A stretch of DNA of 64,000 nucleotides from assembly GCF_004010195.1 (NCBI RefSeq), contig NC_057717.1, positions 103,258,522 through 103,322,521 on the forward strand, written 5' to 3'. This DNA is from Chiloscyllium plagiosum. Its lineage: Eukaryota. The number at the start of each line of letters is the position of its first letter. Within the stretch, counting starts at the first letter, position 1. Made by a program: the position numbers and the translations under genes. The notes under the pieces are model-generated. The model worked only from the letters and a program-made list of their open reading frames with translations, had not been told where the DNA came from and searched no databases. Positions 13,226-24,659 of the stretch are shown in pieces.

Positions 13226-13924
13226 CAAAGAGCTACTGTGAGATTGGAGATGCTGTTGCCAAAAGAGTAGCATTACGCTGTGTCTGGATACAGCAAGCCT
13301 GAGGCAGGGGTGCCCTGTGTCGAGAGGAACATTCTGCGCGCTTAACACAGTCAGTTGTAAATGAAAGGCAATAACAAACCTGAATGAATCTTGCATAATT
13401 AAACCAAGAAGAAGTATTTCCTGTGTTTTGACAATCTGATCAAGCAAAATCTAAATATGGATTAATCTTTCTATCACTCAGGGAGCTGGGAGTTGAATTG
13501 ATTCCTGGCAACAGGATGGCTGGTAAACATTTAATTAATCCAGCTATGTTTTAAAGCAAGTTACCATACAATAGGAATCGCTCATCCATGTTAATGAGAA
13601 CACAAATTAATACCATTTTTCTTTGCTTCATAATAATCGTTTCCCCTGCTAATGTTCTCCCTGACACCGTCAATTGGTTTCTTGCTAGCATATCATTCTA
13701 TTTGCCGTTGCCTTTCAGCTTGTGTGCGTCCAGGATAATTGTGTTCATGCCCCAATTCGCTTCACACCCCATCTATTACTCATGCACTTAGAATAAATAA
13801 CAGTAGAACATAATTGGCAACTGGAATGCTGGTTGGTCATTCCCCTTGTCTGTCTGTCTGTCCTACCCTTTCTATTCCTTACCCATGTGCTCTCCCTTGG
13901 CCGCATCAGCTGTTTGCTTCAGTT

Positions 13925-14550
13925 AGTCCACAGACCAGGCCAGCTCCCTCAAAAAGGTAGCCCAGACTCTAACTTTGCTAGTTGTTTTAAGCAGGGGTAA
14001 AGTGGATATTCCAGGAGGGAACCAGCCGGTCAAACCACTTAGATTTCAAACAAAACAGAATTTATTTACAAGATTACCGTATGAAACACAAGCAACAGAA
14101 AACAGAATACTGAATAACCTAACCTATCGGAAAACCCAACAGATCATCCCAACTTAGTGATGCTGTTCCAAATGCTTGCAACAATCCCCATAAACACCCC
14201 TTGGCAGAAAATGTAAGATCAAACACAGGGTCTTACAGGAGAGAAGTCTGAGAGAGAGGACCAGCCTGGACCTGTTTCTGTGGGTCGAGAGGCCTTTCTT
14301 CACACTAGTGTTAAAAAAAAAACCAAACTAGAGAAAAGCTGAGCTGGAAGAACTGGCCACACCCCTTTCATTATACAAGTTGTTTTTTTAAAAAAACTTG
14401 AAAGCCTTCTGCCTGAGGCAGTATCTGTTATCTACAATCAAATTGGCCGTAAAATCATACACCCCAGATGTATTGGAATGTGTGTCATTTACAACCTCTC
14501 TAATAATAACCATGGACAACGTAATCTTGTCAAAGCAGTAGCTGTGCCAG
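13925..14550 (-). mobile_element. Probable solo LTR
   Basis: Shares blocks in reverse complement with 23650-24203 (ggtcaaaccactt / aagtggtttgacc; acagaatttattt / aaataaattctgt). Poly(A) signal is on the minus strand. Ends are approximate. Confidence 0.55.
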
Positions 14551-15499
14551 ACTGCCCATCACCACCTCGACTCCTCAATCACCAATGTGTGGTCCAATTG
14601 TAAAACAAACCTTCATGGATGAGCTGGAAGCCAATATTATTCTCTCACAAGAACCTTAGCATCCGATCGCATTCGGCAGTCTGTCAGCTTGCAATGGGAT
14701 CTGCAATCTTTGCATCCTGGTGGACCTTCAGATCCAACAGAGTATCCATAGCCATGATCTATCATTTGCCCACCATTACAACATCAGCATGTCTCTCTCC
14801 CATTGCCCACTCAGCATGCTGACTCCCAGCTTCATCATGTCTGTCGCCTTCACTGATGCTAACCTGCCCACATTTCACCATTTCACCCTGTGGGGATGGG
14901 GGAAGGAGGGGCGTTTGGGGTCAAGAAAGACTAACTGATCCCAAAGTTCTCCATCAAGATCCTGTCTTGAAAAAGGTTTGATTTAACTTTTGTGCTTGTC
15001 TTCACCAACCTCCATTAACTTTATCCTCTGGGAAAATTACATTGAAATTCTCGTCTTTATTGCAACCTCCAATGTGTCATCCCTTTCTCTAAGGTCTCAT
15101 CCAATGCAAACTTGGATCTCTCCTTTTCCAAGGTCATGTAGAAAAGACAGGAAAGTGAAGTTGATAATTATTCAGTTAGCTACACGCTCATTGAAAGGCG
15201 GAGCTGAGTCAGTGGGCTGAATGGCTACTTCTGCTCAAATGTTTATGGTGTTATAATCCTCTCCACACTCTGCTGTCCCTTCACTGGTAAGATACCAGCC
15301 CATATTCAGCATCCATATCTCTCAATGTCCCTTCAGCTTCCAATTCAGCCACCTCCTCAAAACCTAGTCCTGCCTTTCAGATGGTTTCCCTGTTTCCCAA
15401 CCCTTCTCCCAGTTACCCCTCAGGATGCAGTTCTTTATTCCTTCTGCAAATTGTCTCTGGATGACCAAGTGCATGACAACCACTATAGGAATGTGTCAT

Positions 15500-16470
15500 A
15501 GAGTCATAGAGACATAGAGCTGTACAGCATGGAAACAGACTCTTCCATCCAATTTGTCCATGTGGACCAGGTATCCTAAATTAACCTAGTCCCATTTGCC
15601 AGCACTTGGGCGATATCCCTCTAAACTCTTCTTATTCATATACCCATCCAGGTGCCTTTTAAATATTGCGATTGTACCAGCCTCCATCACTTCCTCTGAC
15701 TTATCACCTCCTTCCCCACCTCTATTCACCTATTATACTCTTTGCTACCTTCTTCCCAGCCCCACCCCACCATTTATCTCTCCACCTTGGAGGCTCCCTG
15801 CCTCTATTCTTGATGAAGGGTTTTTGCCCGAAACGTTGATTTTCCTGCTCCTCGGATGCTGCCTGACCTGCTGTGCTTTTCCAGCACCACTCTAAACTCT
15901 GGTTTCCAGCATCTGTAGTCCTCACTTTTGCCTCCATCACTTCCTCTGGCAGCCCATTCCGTACACGCACCACCCTCTGCGTGAAAAAGTTGCCCCTTGT
16001 ATCCTTTTTGAATTTTTTCCCTCTCATCTGAAATCTCTAGTTCTGAACTCCATCTCCCCAGGGAAAAGCCATTGTCTATTTACTCTATCCATGCCCCTCA
16101 TGATTGTTTGCCCAGGGCGAGATCTGTGCGCTTCACTTCCCAGAATTGTCTTTGGGATTGGATGGCCAGGCAGAGTCTCCCATTTTCATCACAGAGTGGC
16201 CTCACTCCTGTTCCAAGCAGCTGGTTTGTTACCCCATTGGCTTGGACAGGGTATAAACCTCTGTAAGGTAACCTTTCAGCCTCCAACATTCCAGGGAGAA
16301 TACCCCCAGCTTATTCAGCCTCTCCCTGTAGCTCAAATCCTGTAACCCTGGCAATATCCTTGTAAATCGTTTCTGCACCCTTTCAAGTTCAATATCTTTC
16401 CTACAGATCAGAATTAAACACAGTATTCCAAACGTGGCCTAACCAATGTCCTGTACAGCCACAACGTGTT
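15500..16470 (-). mobile_element. CR1 LINE 3' fragment carrying two secondary insertions
   Basis: CR1 sequence is interrupted at 15699-15929 and at about 16105-16255. Confidence 0.85.
15699..15929 (+). mobile_element. 5'-truncated Penelope-like 3' end with 19-bp target-site duplication
   Basis: GCCTCCATCACTTCCTCTG at 15680-15698 and 15930-15948. Contains tgatgaagggtttttgcccgaaacgttg. Confidence 0.85.
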
Positions 16471-17005
16471 GTTGGATAAACTCAAACCAAGGCAGGAGAG
16501 CGACTTGCAACGAGGAATCTAATTGGATGTCAGCAGTTTACAAGTCTCGAGAGAACAAAATAGAAATTGGAAAAAGTTTAGTGGCTGGCATTTTTGAGCA
16601 GCTGCTTTGAGGATGGTAAATTAGGTGGCTGGTAACCTGGCATAACATGGCACTGTTTGCCCAGGGCGAGATCTGTGCGCTTCACTTCCCAGAACTGTCT
16701 TTGGGATTGGATGGCCAGGCAGAGTCTCCCATTTTCATCACAGAGTGGCCTCACTCCTGTTTCAAGCAGCTGGGTTGTTACCCCATTGGCTTGGACAGGG
16801 TATACAGCAGACCTTGGGTACCAATGAGGCAGGTGAGCACAAAACACCTCCCCCACCCCACCTACTTCCAGCCCCTTGTTGGAAATCTCCAGTGCCTCCC
16901 ACTGAGTCATTGGAGAAGCTTCCTCGATTGGACGTGGGTGGGTTTTTCTTCCAAGTCCACCAATAGATTCCTCCTTTCTATCAACATCTTCTCTCTGCTA
17001 GGCTT

Positions 17006-17325
17006 GATTAGATTAGATTACTTACAGTGTGGAAACAGGCCCTTCGGCCCAACAAGTCCACACCGACCCTCTGAAGAGCAACCCACCCAGACCCATTCCC
17101 CTACATTTACACCTTCACCTAACACCATGGGCAATTTAGCATGGCCAATTCACCTAACCTGCACATTTTTGGACTGCGGGAGGAACCGGAGCACCCAGAG
17201 GAAACCCACGCAGACACGGGGAGAATGTGCAAACTCCACACAGACAGTTGCCTGAGGTGGGAATTGAACCCAGGTCTCTGGTGCTGTGAGGCAGCAGTGC
17301 TAACCACTGAGCCACTGTGCCGTGC
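17006..17325 (-). mobile_element. HE1 SINE, near full length
   Basis: tRNA-like head with A/B boxes and (TAATC)n tail on the minus strand. Confidence 0.92.
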
Positions 17326-17648
17326 CATGCTGTGCTTGGGTGAGCATCATTGAAGTTCTTCGTCACATTAGTCATTTGGAAATAATTGAGACGTCATGTA
17401 TTCAAGGATTGCAGCAGTAATGTCTCCAGTAAATGTCTAATTTATTATAGTGTGACTCATTATTGTGAGTAATGTTCAGAGGTTGTCAGTAATGTCTCTA
17501 TTTTTAATGGAAATAGCCACTACAGGTACCTAGATATCATCCCATATGGTTCAGGGAACTGATTAATGCCTTGGTATTTTACCCCATTGCCATAACTCCA
17601 AGAAAATTAATGTTTGCCTTTCACATTGAATAACTTCTGTATTCACCA

Positions 17649-17841
17649 TGACTTGGAGGAGCCAGTGTTGGATTGAGGTAGACAAAGTTAAAAATCACAC
17701 AGCATCAGGCAATAGTCCAACAGGTTTAATTGGAAGCACTAGCTTTTGGAGCGCTGCTCCTTCAGCAGGCACTCTGAAAGCTAGTGCTTCCAAATAAACC
17801 TGTTGGGCTATAATCTGATATTGTGTGATTTTTAACTTCAA
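17649..17841. mobile_element. Palindromic Penelope-derived mini-element, 9-bp TSD
   Basis: TATTCACCA at 17640-17648 and 17842-17850; inverted arms aagttaaaaatcacac.. / ..gtgtgatttttaactt. Confidence 0.75.
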
Positions 17842-17852
17842 TATTCACCACA

Positions 17853-18165
17853 TGGTAGCTCAGTGGTTGACATTGCTGCCGTGCATCACCAAAGACTCGG
17901 GTTCAGTCCCAGCCTTGGGTAACTGAGTGTCTGTGTGGAATTTGCACGTTCTCCCTGTGTCTGCGTGGGTTTCCTCCCACAGTCTAAAGATATGCAGGTT
18001 TGGTGGATTGGCTGTGCTAATTTGCCCATAGTGCCTGGGGATGTGCAGGCGAGACGGATTAGCCATGGGAAATGCAGGGTTACAGGTGGGTGGGATGCTC
18101 TTTGGAGGGGTGCTGTGGATTCAATGGGCCAAAAGCCCTGCTTCCATGCTGTAGGAATTCTGAGG
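17853..18165 (+). mobile_element. HE1 SINE
   Basis: gctcagtggtt..gggttcagtccc..tttgcacgttctccctgtgtctgcgtgggtttcctc. Confidence 0.85.
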
Positions 18166-19678
18166 GATTTGGGCCAAAGGTCAGTATGTGGAGTTAGGCT
18201 GCAGATCAGCTAGGATCTTATTGAATGATGGAACAGGCTAGAGGGGCCGAATGGCGCAATCCTGTTCCCATAATGTCTGTCATCCTCACCTGGTTTGGCT
18301 CAGCTGTGACTCCAAATCTACAGTGAGTCTGAACTGTTCTCCGAAATGGTTTAAGATGCCACTCAGTTCCAGGGTAATTAGGCATGAGCAACAAATGCCT
18401 TGTCAGTGGTGCCAAGAACCCCTGAAGGAATAAGTTAAATTTGGTGGTTCTGAAGCACAGTTTCCCCAGCCTTGTAACAAAGCCATCAGCTGACATGTTA
18501 CTGGGTTACAGGGACCAAGGGATTCTGGGTATAAATCTTGCTCAGGGCTGAGTTTGCCAAGATATGGAAGGTCATTAATTAAGGAGCTACACTGGGGCGC
18601 AAGTGCTTCCAACTCCTGTCTGCTAGCCAATTTAAATGGAAGCTGGGTGAACACATGCAGGGAAGAGGAAGAGAAATGTACGAGGACAGGGTGAGATGAA
18701 TTGGGGTCTGAAGAGACTTGTGTGAAACATAAGTACCAGTTTGTACCAGTTGGCTTCAGTGAGCTGTTAAATTCGATGTAATCTTTCTAATAATAAGGGC
18801 AGCTGTGTACAACGCCGTCCAGTCAATCGCATTGCCATAGAAACAGCAGATCTTCATAGTGTCCTGGCTCGTGTTTATCCCCCAATTAGCACCTGAAATA
18901 GACGGTCCAATCATCAGCATCATATTGCTGTTTTGTGGTAGCTTGCTGTGTGCAAATTGGCCACCATGTTTCCAACGTCACACCAGTGACTGCATTTCAG
19001 AAATACCTCATCCAGGGTCAACTGATTTGGGATGTCCCGAGCTTTTGGAAGACTAATGGAAATGCAAGCAACACTTGCTCGGATGTGGAGGTAGATGGCT
19101 GATTGAGTGTGGATAGGATTGGTGCTAAACTGTGATAACTGTTGCGACTGAACTGCTCCCCCCCGTTGCTTCCAGCCGAGAATGGACGTAATTTGCAAGT
19201 TGGGCGATGAGGGGAGAAAGACTGAGAAACTTGGGAAATAGCATTTAGGAGCAGGAATAGACCATTCGGCCCTTCAAGTCCATTGAATAAGGTCATGGCT
19301 GACGTGGTTGGGGTCTGAACTGCACTTTCCCGTCTGCACCCCCCAGCCCATAAGCCATGACCCTCTTGTCTGTCAACGCTCTATTTAACTCAGCCTTGCA
19401 GATCATAGAATCAAATCCCGACAGTATGGAAAGAGACCATTTGGCCCATCGAGTCTGCAATGACCCTCTGAAGAACATCCCAGACCAAGGTTCTCATCCT
19501 ATCCCCAGACCCCCACGTTTACCGGGGTAAGCGATTTACCTTTGCTGAACAAAAAAACTGTCTATCTCAGATTAAAAATGAACAACCTATCCAGCACCTA
19601 CTGCCATATTTGGAAAATAGTTCCAAATATCTCACACCTTTTGTGTGTGCAAGTACTTCCTAACATCTCTCCTGAATG

Positions 19679-19885
19679 TATACTTCACCAGTTTCCTCAT
19701 TTCCCCTGTCCCCACCTTACCCCAGTTCCAACGTTCCAGCTCAGCATCATCCTCATGACCCATCCCATCTGTCAATCTTCCTTCACACCTATTCACTCCA
19801 CCCTCCTCTCTGACCTATCACCTTTACCCCCACCTCCATCCACCTTTTGTACTCTCAGCTTTTCCAGCACCACCCTAATCTTGAT
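19679..19885 (+). mobile_element. Internally deleted Penelope-like fragment with 13-bp TSD, inside an old CR1
   Basis: TCTCTCCTGAATG at 19666-19678 and 19886-19898. Confidence 0.7.
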
Positions 19886-20100
19886 TCTCTCCTGAATGGT
19901 CTGGTCATAATTCTCAAACTATGCCCCCTAGTTCTACAGTCCCCAACTTTCTAAATTCTAGGGAAAACAGGCCTAATTTGTGTAATCTTTCCTCATGAGT
20001 TAACGCCATGAAGTCCAGGTATCATTCTAGTAAACCTATATTATGCTCTCTATTATACTCTAGCTTCCCTGAGGTATGGTGCCCAGATCTGCTCACAATA

Positions 20101-20319
20101 CAGTTGGTTCGGCTATAACGCACGTCTCTTCGACGTGCATTGGCTATAACGCGATTGATGAGTTTAGACCGTTATGTGTAGCATGTGAATTTCCATTACC
20201 TGTATCGGCTAAAATGCAATTCCGGCCCCATTAGTTTAAATGGTGTGGCCATTACGCGATTTTCTCATAATATAGGGTCGCACAGGAGTGGAACTATCAC
20301 ATTATATCAGAACTGACTG
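20101..20319. mobile_element. Tc1/mariner (pogo/Tigger-like) MITE
   Basis: TA on both sides (20099-20100, 20320-20321). Imperfect TIRs CAGTTGGTTCGGCTATAA vs CAGTCAGTTCTGATATAA (reverse complement of the right end). Removing it restores the host CR1 sequence gctcacaa-ta-ctccaagtg. Confidence 0.8.
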
Positions 20320-20849
20320 TACTCCAAGTGGGGTCTAACCAGGGTTCTATATAACATCTGCGTCCTTGCACTCCACCCCTCTAGATGTAAGGGCCAGTAT
20401 TCCATTAGCTTTCCTGATTTTATCCCATCGAGGCAGGCTTGTCACAAAAAAATCGTGATAGTTTCACAGTCACCGTTCGTTTTCAATTCCAGATTTTGTT
20501 TTTTGAGTAGCAGTTGAATTCCGTCAGCCAGCAATTGAACCCACACTCCCAGACGATTATCACTAACTCAGTGACCTTACCACGGTCACCATTAGAAAGG
20601 TGCTCTTCTGAGTTAGGTCAGTTTCACTCATATTCTGACCAAGGCCCACATACCAAATTGGCCCCAACATGCCTCCCCAGTGATACCCTGGAAATGCACA
20701 ATGAAATTATCTAAATGATGTGCAAATGAAGCAAGCGTGGTGTGAGTGTGAATGCTTTGAAGTGTGGTGGAGGTAGATTCAACTGAGGTAATCTAGGGGA
20801 CACTGGATGATTGTTTGATGGAATTATAGATGAGGCCACTCCTGGAGCA

Positions 20850-21440
20850 CACTTGCCTTCATTGTTGAGACCTTATGAGTATCGGAGTTGGGATGTTATG
20901 TTGGGGTTGTACAGGACATTGGTTAGGCCTCTTCTGGAGTATTGTGTCCAGTTGTTGTTGCCCTGTCATAGGAAAGATATTAACAAGATGGAGAGGGTTT
21001 GGAAGAGATTTAGCACGGAATGGAGGGTTTGAGTTATCGGGAGAGGCTGGATAGGCTGTGATTTTTTTTCACTGGAGCATAGGAGGTCTTTAAAAAGGGC
21101 AAACATAACGTGACTGTTAGAATCTTTTCCATGGGTGGGAGATTTGAAGACTAGGAGACATATGCTGAAGGTGATAGGAGAAGATTTAAAAAGGACACGA
21201 GGGGCAAATGTTTTGCACAGAGGGTAGTTCGTGTGTGGAAAGAACTTCCTGAGGAAGTGGTGGATGTGGGTACAGCTACAACATTTAAAATGCATTTGGG
21301 TAAGAGTATGACTGGAAAGGTTTGGAGGGATAAGGAACAAGTACAAGCAAGGGGGACTAGTTTAATTTGGGAACATGGTCAGCATGGACTGGTTGGACCG
21401 AAGGGTCTGTTTCCATGTTGTATTACTCTATGACTCAGAA
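20850..21440 (+). mobile_element. CR1 LINE 3' fragment
   Basis: YRSWDVMLGLYRTLVRPLLEYCVQ..; WKELPEEVVDVGT. Confidence 0.9.
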
Positions 21441-22094
21441 CAATGTGGATGAATATGGGGAAAAGGCAGAAGATTGGCATTCAGTCACCGAATTGCAGCA
21501 GGTGCAATGGGCTGAATGGCCTCCTGCTGAACCATAACAATTCTGTGGAATGAGCAGCTACGTTATTTTTTTTCTCATGATGACCGTCTGATTTCTTTCT
21601 CATCGGTGTGAGCAGCTTTTGAAATTAAGGGATTGTGAATGAGCTTATTAAAAACAAAACTTAGGTTTATCTAGTGACTTCACATATCCTTCAAGATGTC
21701 CAAAAGTGCTTCTCAATCAATGGATCCATCTGGACTGGGGTTAGTGAATGCTGAAGCCATCTTGGCCATGGCAAGACTCCAGGAACATCACAGAATGAAT
21801 GATATGGTATAGATGATATTGGTTGATTGGGAAACAGGGAGAATTTCCTAAATTCTTGTCTAACAAGAGAAAATAAGGAAACACATTTGTAGGTTCACAA
21901 AGCAAGAACAACAAATGTCTCTCTCGACTCTGTTTTGAATGATTCTGTAGTAAATACAAGAGACAACTTGCAAGGCTCCCAGATAACATTAACGTTTGGA
22001 CAGTTCACTTCAGAGGTGATGGTTGTGGACAAATGTTAGCAAGAACCTCCTTGGGATACCCGCCCCATTGGTCCTCTCGCCAGTGGGACTTTTC

Positions 22095-22815
22095 CCATAG
22101 AATAATAGAGATGTACAGCACAGAAACAGACCCTTCATTCAACTCGTCCATGCCGACCAGATATCCTACATTAATTTGCTCCCATTTGCTAGCACTTGGC
22201 CCATATCCCTCTAAACCCTTCCTATCCATGTAACCATCCAGATGCCTTTTAAATGTTGTAACTGTACCAGCCTCCACCACTTCCTCTGGCAGCTCATTCC
22301 ATACACGCACCACCCTCTGTGTGAAAAAGTTATCCCTGAGGTCCCTTTTGAAACTTACCCCCTCACCTTAAACCTATGCCCTCTAGTTTTGACTCCCCTA
22401 TCCTGGGGAAAAGACTATTCACCCTATCCATGCCCCTCATGATTTTATAAATCTCTATAAGATCACTCCCTCAGCTTCTGATGCTCCAGGGAAAATAGCC
22501 CCAACCTATTCAGCCTCCCCCTATAAGTCAAACACTCCCACCCTGGCAACGTTCTTGTAGATCTTTTCTGAACCCTTTCAAGTTTCACAACATCCTTCCT
22601 AGAGCAGGGAGACCAGAATTGAACGCAGTATACCAAAAGCGGCCCAACCAATGTGCTGTACAGCCACAAAATGACTACCCAGCTCCAATTCTCAATCCAC
22701 TGACCAATACAGGCCTACTTCACTATCCTGTCTACCTGCAACTCCACTTTCAAGGAACTATGAACCTACACCCCAAGGTCACTTTGTCCACCTACACTCC
22801 CCAGGACCTTATCAT
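22095..22815 (-). mobile_element. CR1 LINE 3' fragment
   Basis: LYSTLVGPLLVYCVQFWSP..KLERVQKR; VWNELPEEVVEAGT. Confidence 0.9.
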
Positions 22816-23649
22816 TAAGTGGGTCTCCCAAGTGGGATGTGAACCCACAAGCCTTAGACTCAGGAGCTTTCCACTGAGCCACAGCTGACGTTGGATTAAG
22901 TTTGAGTTCAAGACAAGCTCTTTTGTAAGTCTCTTCTGCAGACATTTTTAACAGCTCCTTATTATTCACCAGTCATACTTACTTTGCAATCAATAGCTAC
23001 AGAATTCTGATCTGTCTGTTTAGTTCCCATCCACCTTGGATGGTTCTGACCTCTCATTGATTAGCTGGCTGGCAGGCGGAATTCTCTCAGTCAATTGTTT
23101 TTGTTTGTTGATTTGTTGTTTCCTTTCCTCCTTCCCGATTTATCAGCGAACGGGGAATATTGGAATTTTCTGTGTTCAGCTTTTGATGTGCACACCCTCG
23201 CTTGCTCAGAGCTGACAGCTCTCTCTCACTGAGAAGCCTCTCTCTGTGGAAGTTTTCTTTTTAACCCTGCGATCACGTAGGTAATCAATAAGAGAGGCAG
23301 GATGTGCCAAAATGCTGGACAGCTAATGAAATGCTGTGTCAACATCACAGTTTATTTGCCAGTGAAGGTGCCAGACGATTCAACTCCTCCAAGCAGTGAG
23401 AAAGACAAATTACTCAACAAGTCCGCTTGGGCCATGCTCATTGAAAGATGATATCAATGCCAATTCTATAGTTTCCATGGGTATGTTAGCATCCACCAAC
23501 TCCCAAGCTGTAGTCTTATTCTAACCTCCCACAAGGCAGAAGTAATGGGATGGAGTGGTCCCCCGTTGTCTGGATGAGTGCAGCTCCAGCCAAACCCAAG
23601 AAGCTTGGCACCATCCAGGACGAAACAACCCATATGATTAACACCTATG

Positions 23650-24203
23650 ACTGCTATGATCATGCTTTAACATGGTTATTTTGTCATTGGGTTTTTCTTT
23701 AAGAGAGTTCATAAAGGCAAAGATGTCGGCATGTCTACTTGAACAATGACAAGGGAGCGGCCCGTTCTCCCAGTACAGGTTTTTACTAGTTTCGTTTAGT
23801 TGTAGCAGTCAGAAGATGCTGGAGTGGAGAAAAGTTCCAAGCTTCAGCAGATGCTTCCTGACTGGCGTTCTCTCTGAAATCTCTCCTGTCTGTAAGAACC
23901 AGTGTTTGAATTTACCTTTCGCCAAGGGGGGCATTTGTGGGATGTGACAGGAATTGGAACAGCTCCTTAGTTACGTTGCGATATGAATTTTCAAATAGTT
24001 AAGTTATTCTATATTCTGCTTTCTTTCGTTCGTGTTTCAACTGTAGTATTTAAATAAATTCTGTTTCCCTTAAAGCCAAGTGGTTTGACCAGCTGCATCA
24101 CACCTGGAACACCCACTTCACATCTGACTTTAAAATAAGAAAAAGTTAGGGCCAAGACTACCTTCTTGAAATACTTTGCGGGGGTCTGGTCTGGTCCCTT
24201 ACA
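23650..24203 (+). mobile_element. Probable solo LTR
   Basis: Ends in ..ggtcccttACA, has AATAAA at about 24053, and is related to 13925-14550. The left end is approximate and there is no clean TSD. Confidence 0.55.
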
Positions 24204-24659
24204 ATGTGTAGCACCCCATTCAGAGCTGGCACTGAAGTGTTAGCCAGGATAATATCCCCCAAGCCCTTCATCGTCTGGCTCAGGTGAGGAAAGCTGGTGA
24301 CATGTCGTTCGTTATCTCTCCTGTGATTATCAGTAAGGTGGTAAGTCAGTCCTTACCTTTGTGCTCAGCAACTGGGCAACAATCCGAACTTATGGCAACA
24401 TGAGAAGAAGCCAAACACCCTAGAATGGTGTGCCTTTGGTTGGAAACAGAGAGAAGCCTCCAAGGTTATGGAGGGACAAGGGAGGGAGAGTCAAAGATTC
24501 AGGTGCTCAAAGACCTTCAGCCAACAGATCTGTTGAATTCTTGTTCACTTCCTCATATGGGACAATCTAGAATGAGAGGCCATAGTTTTGGGAGGCAGAG
24601 TAGCAGTTTTAAACAGAGATGAGCTCACCAACCCAAAGCAGACTATCAAGTGGAGTTAC

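Noticed and set aside
12799..13302. Hydrophobic membrane-protein-like ORFs
   Set aside because: Translation of CT-rich low-complexity DNA.
16647..17255. 202-aa ORF
   Set aside because: Runs from the duplicated segment into an antisense HE1 SINE, with no protein family signal.
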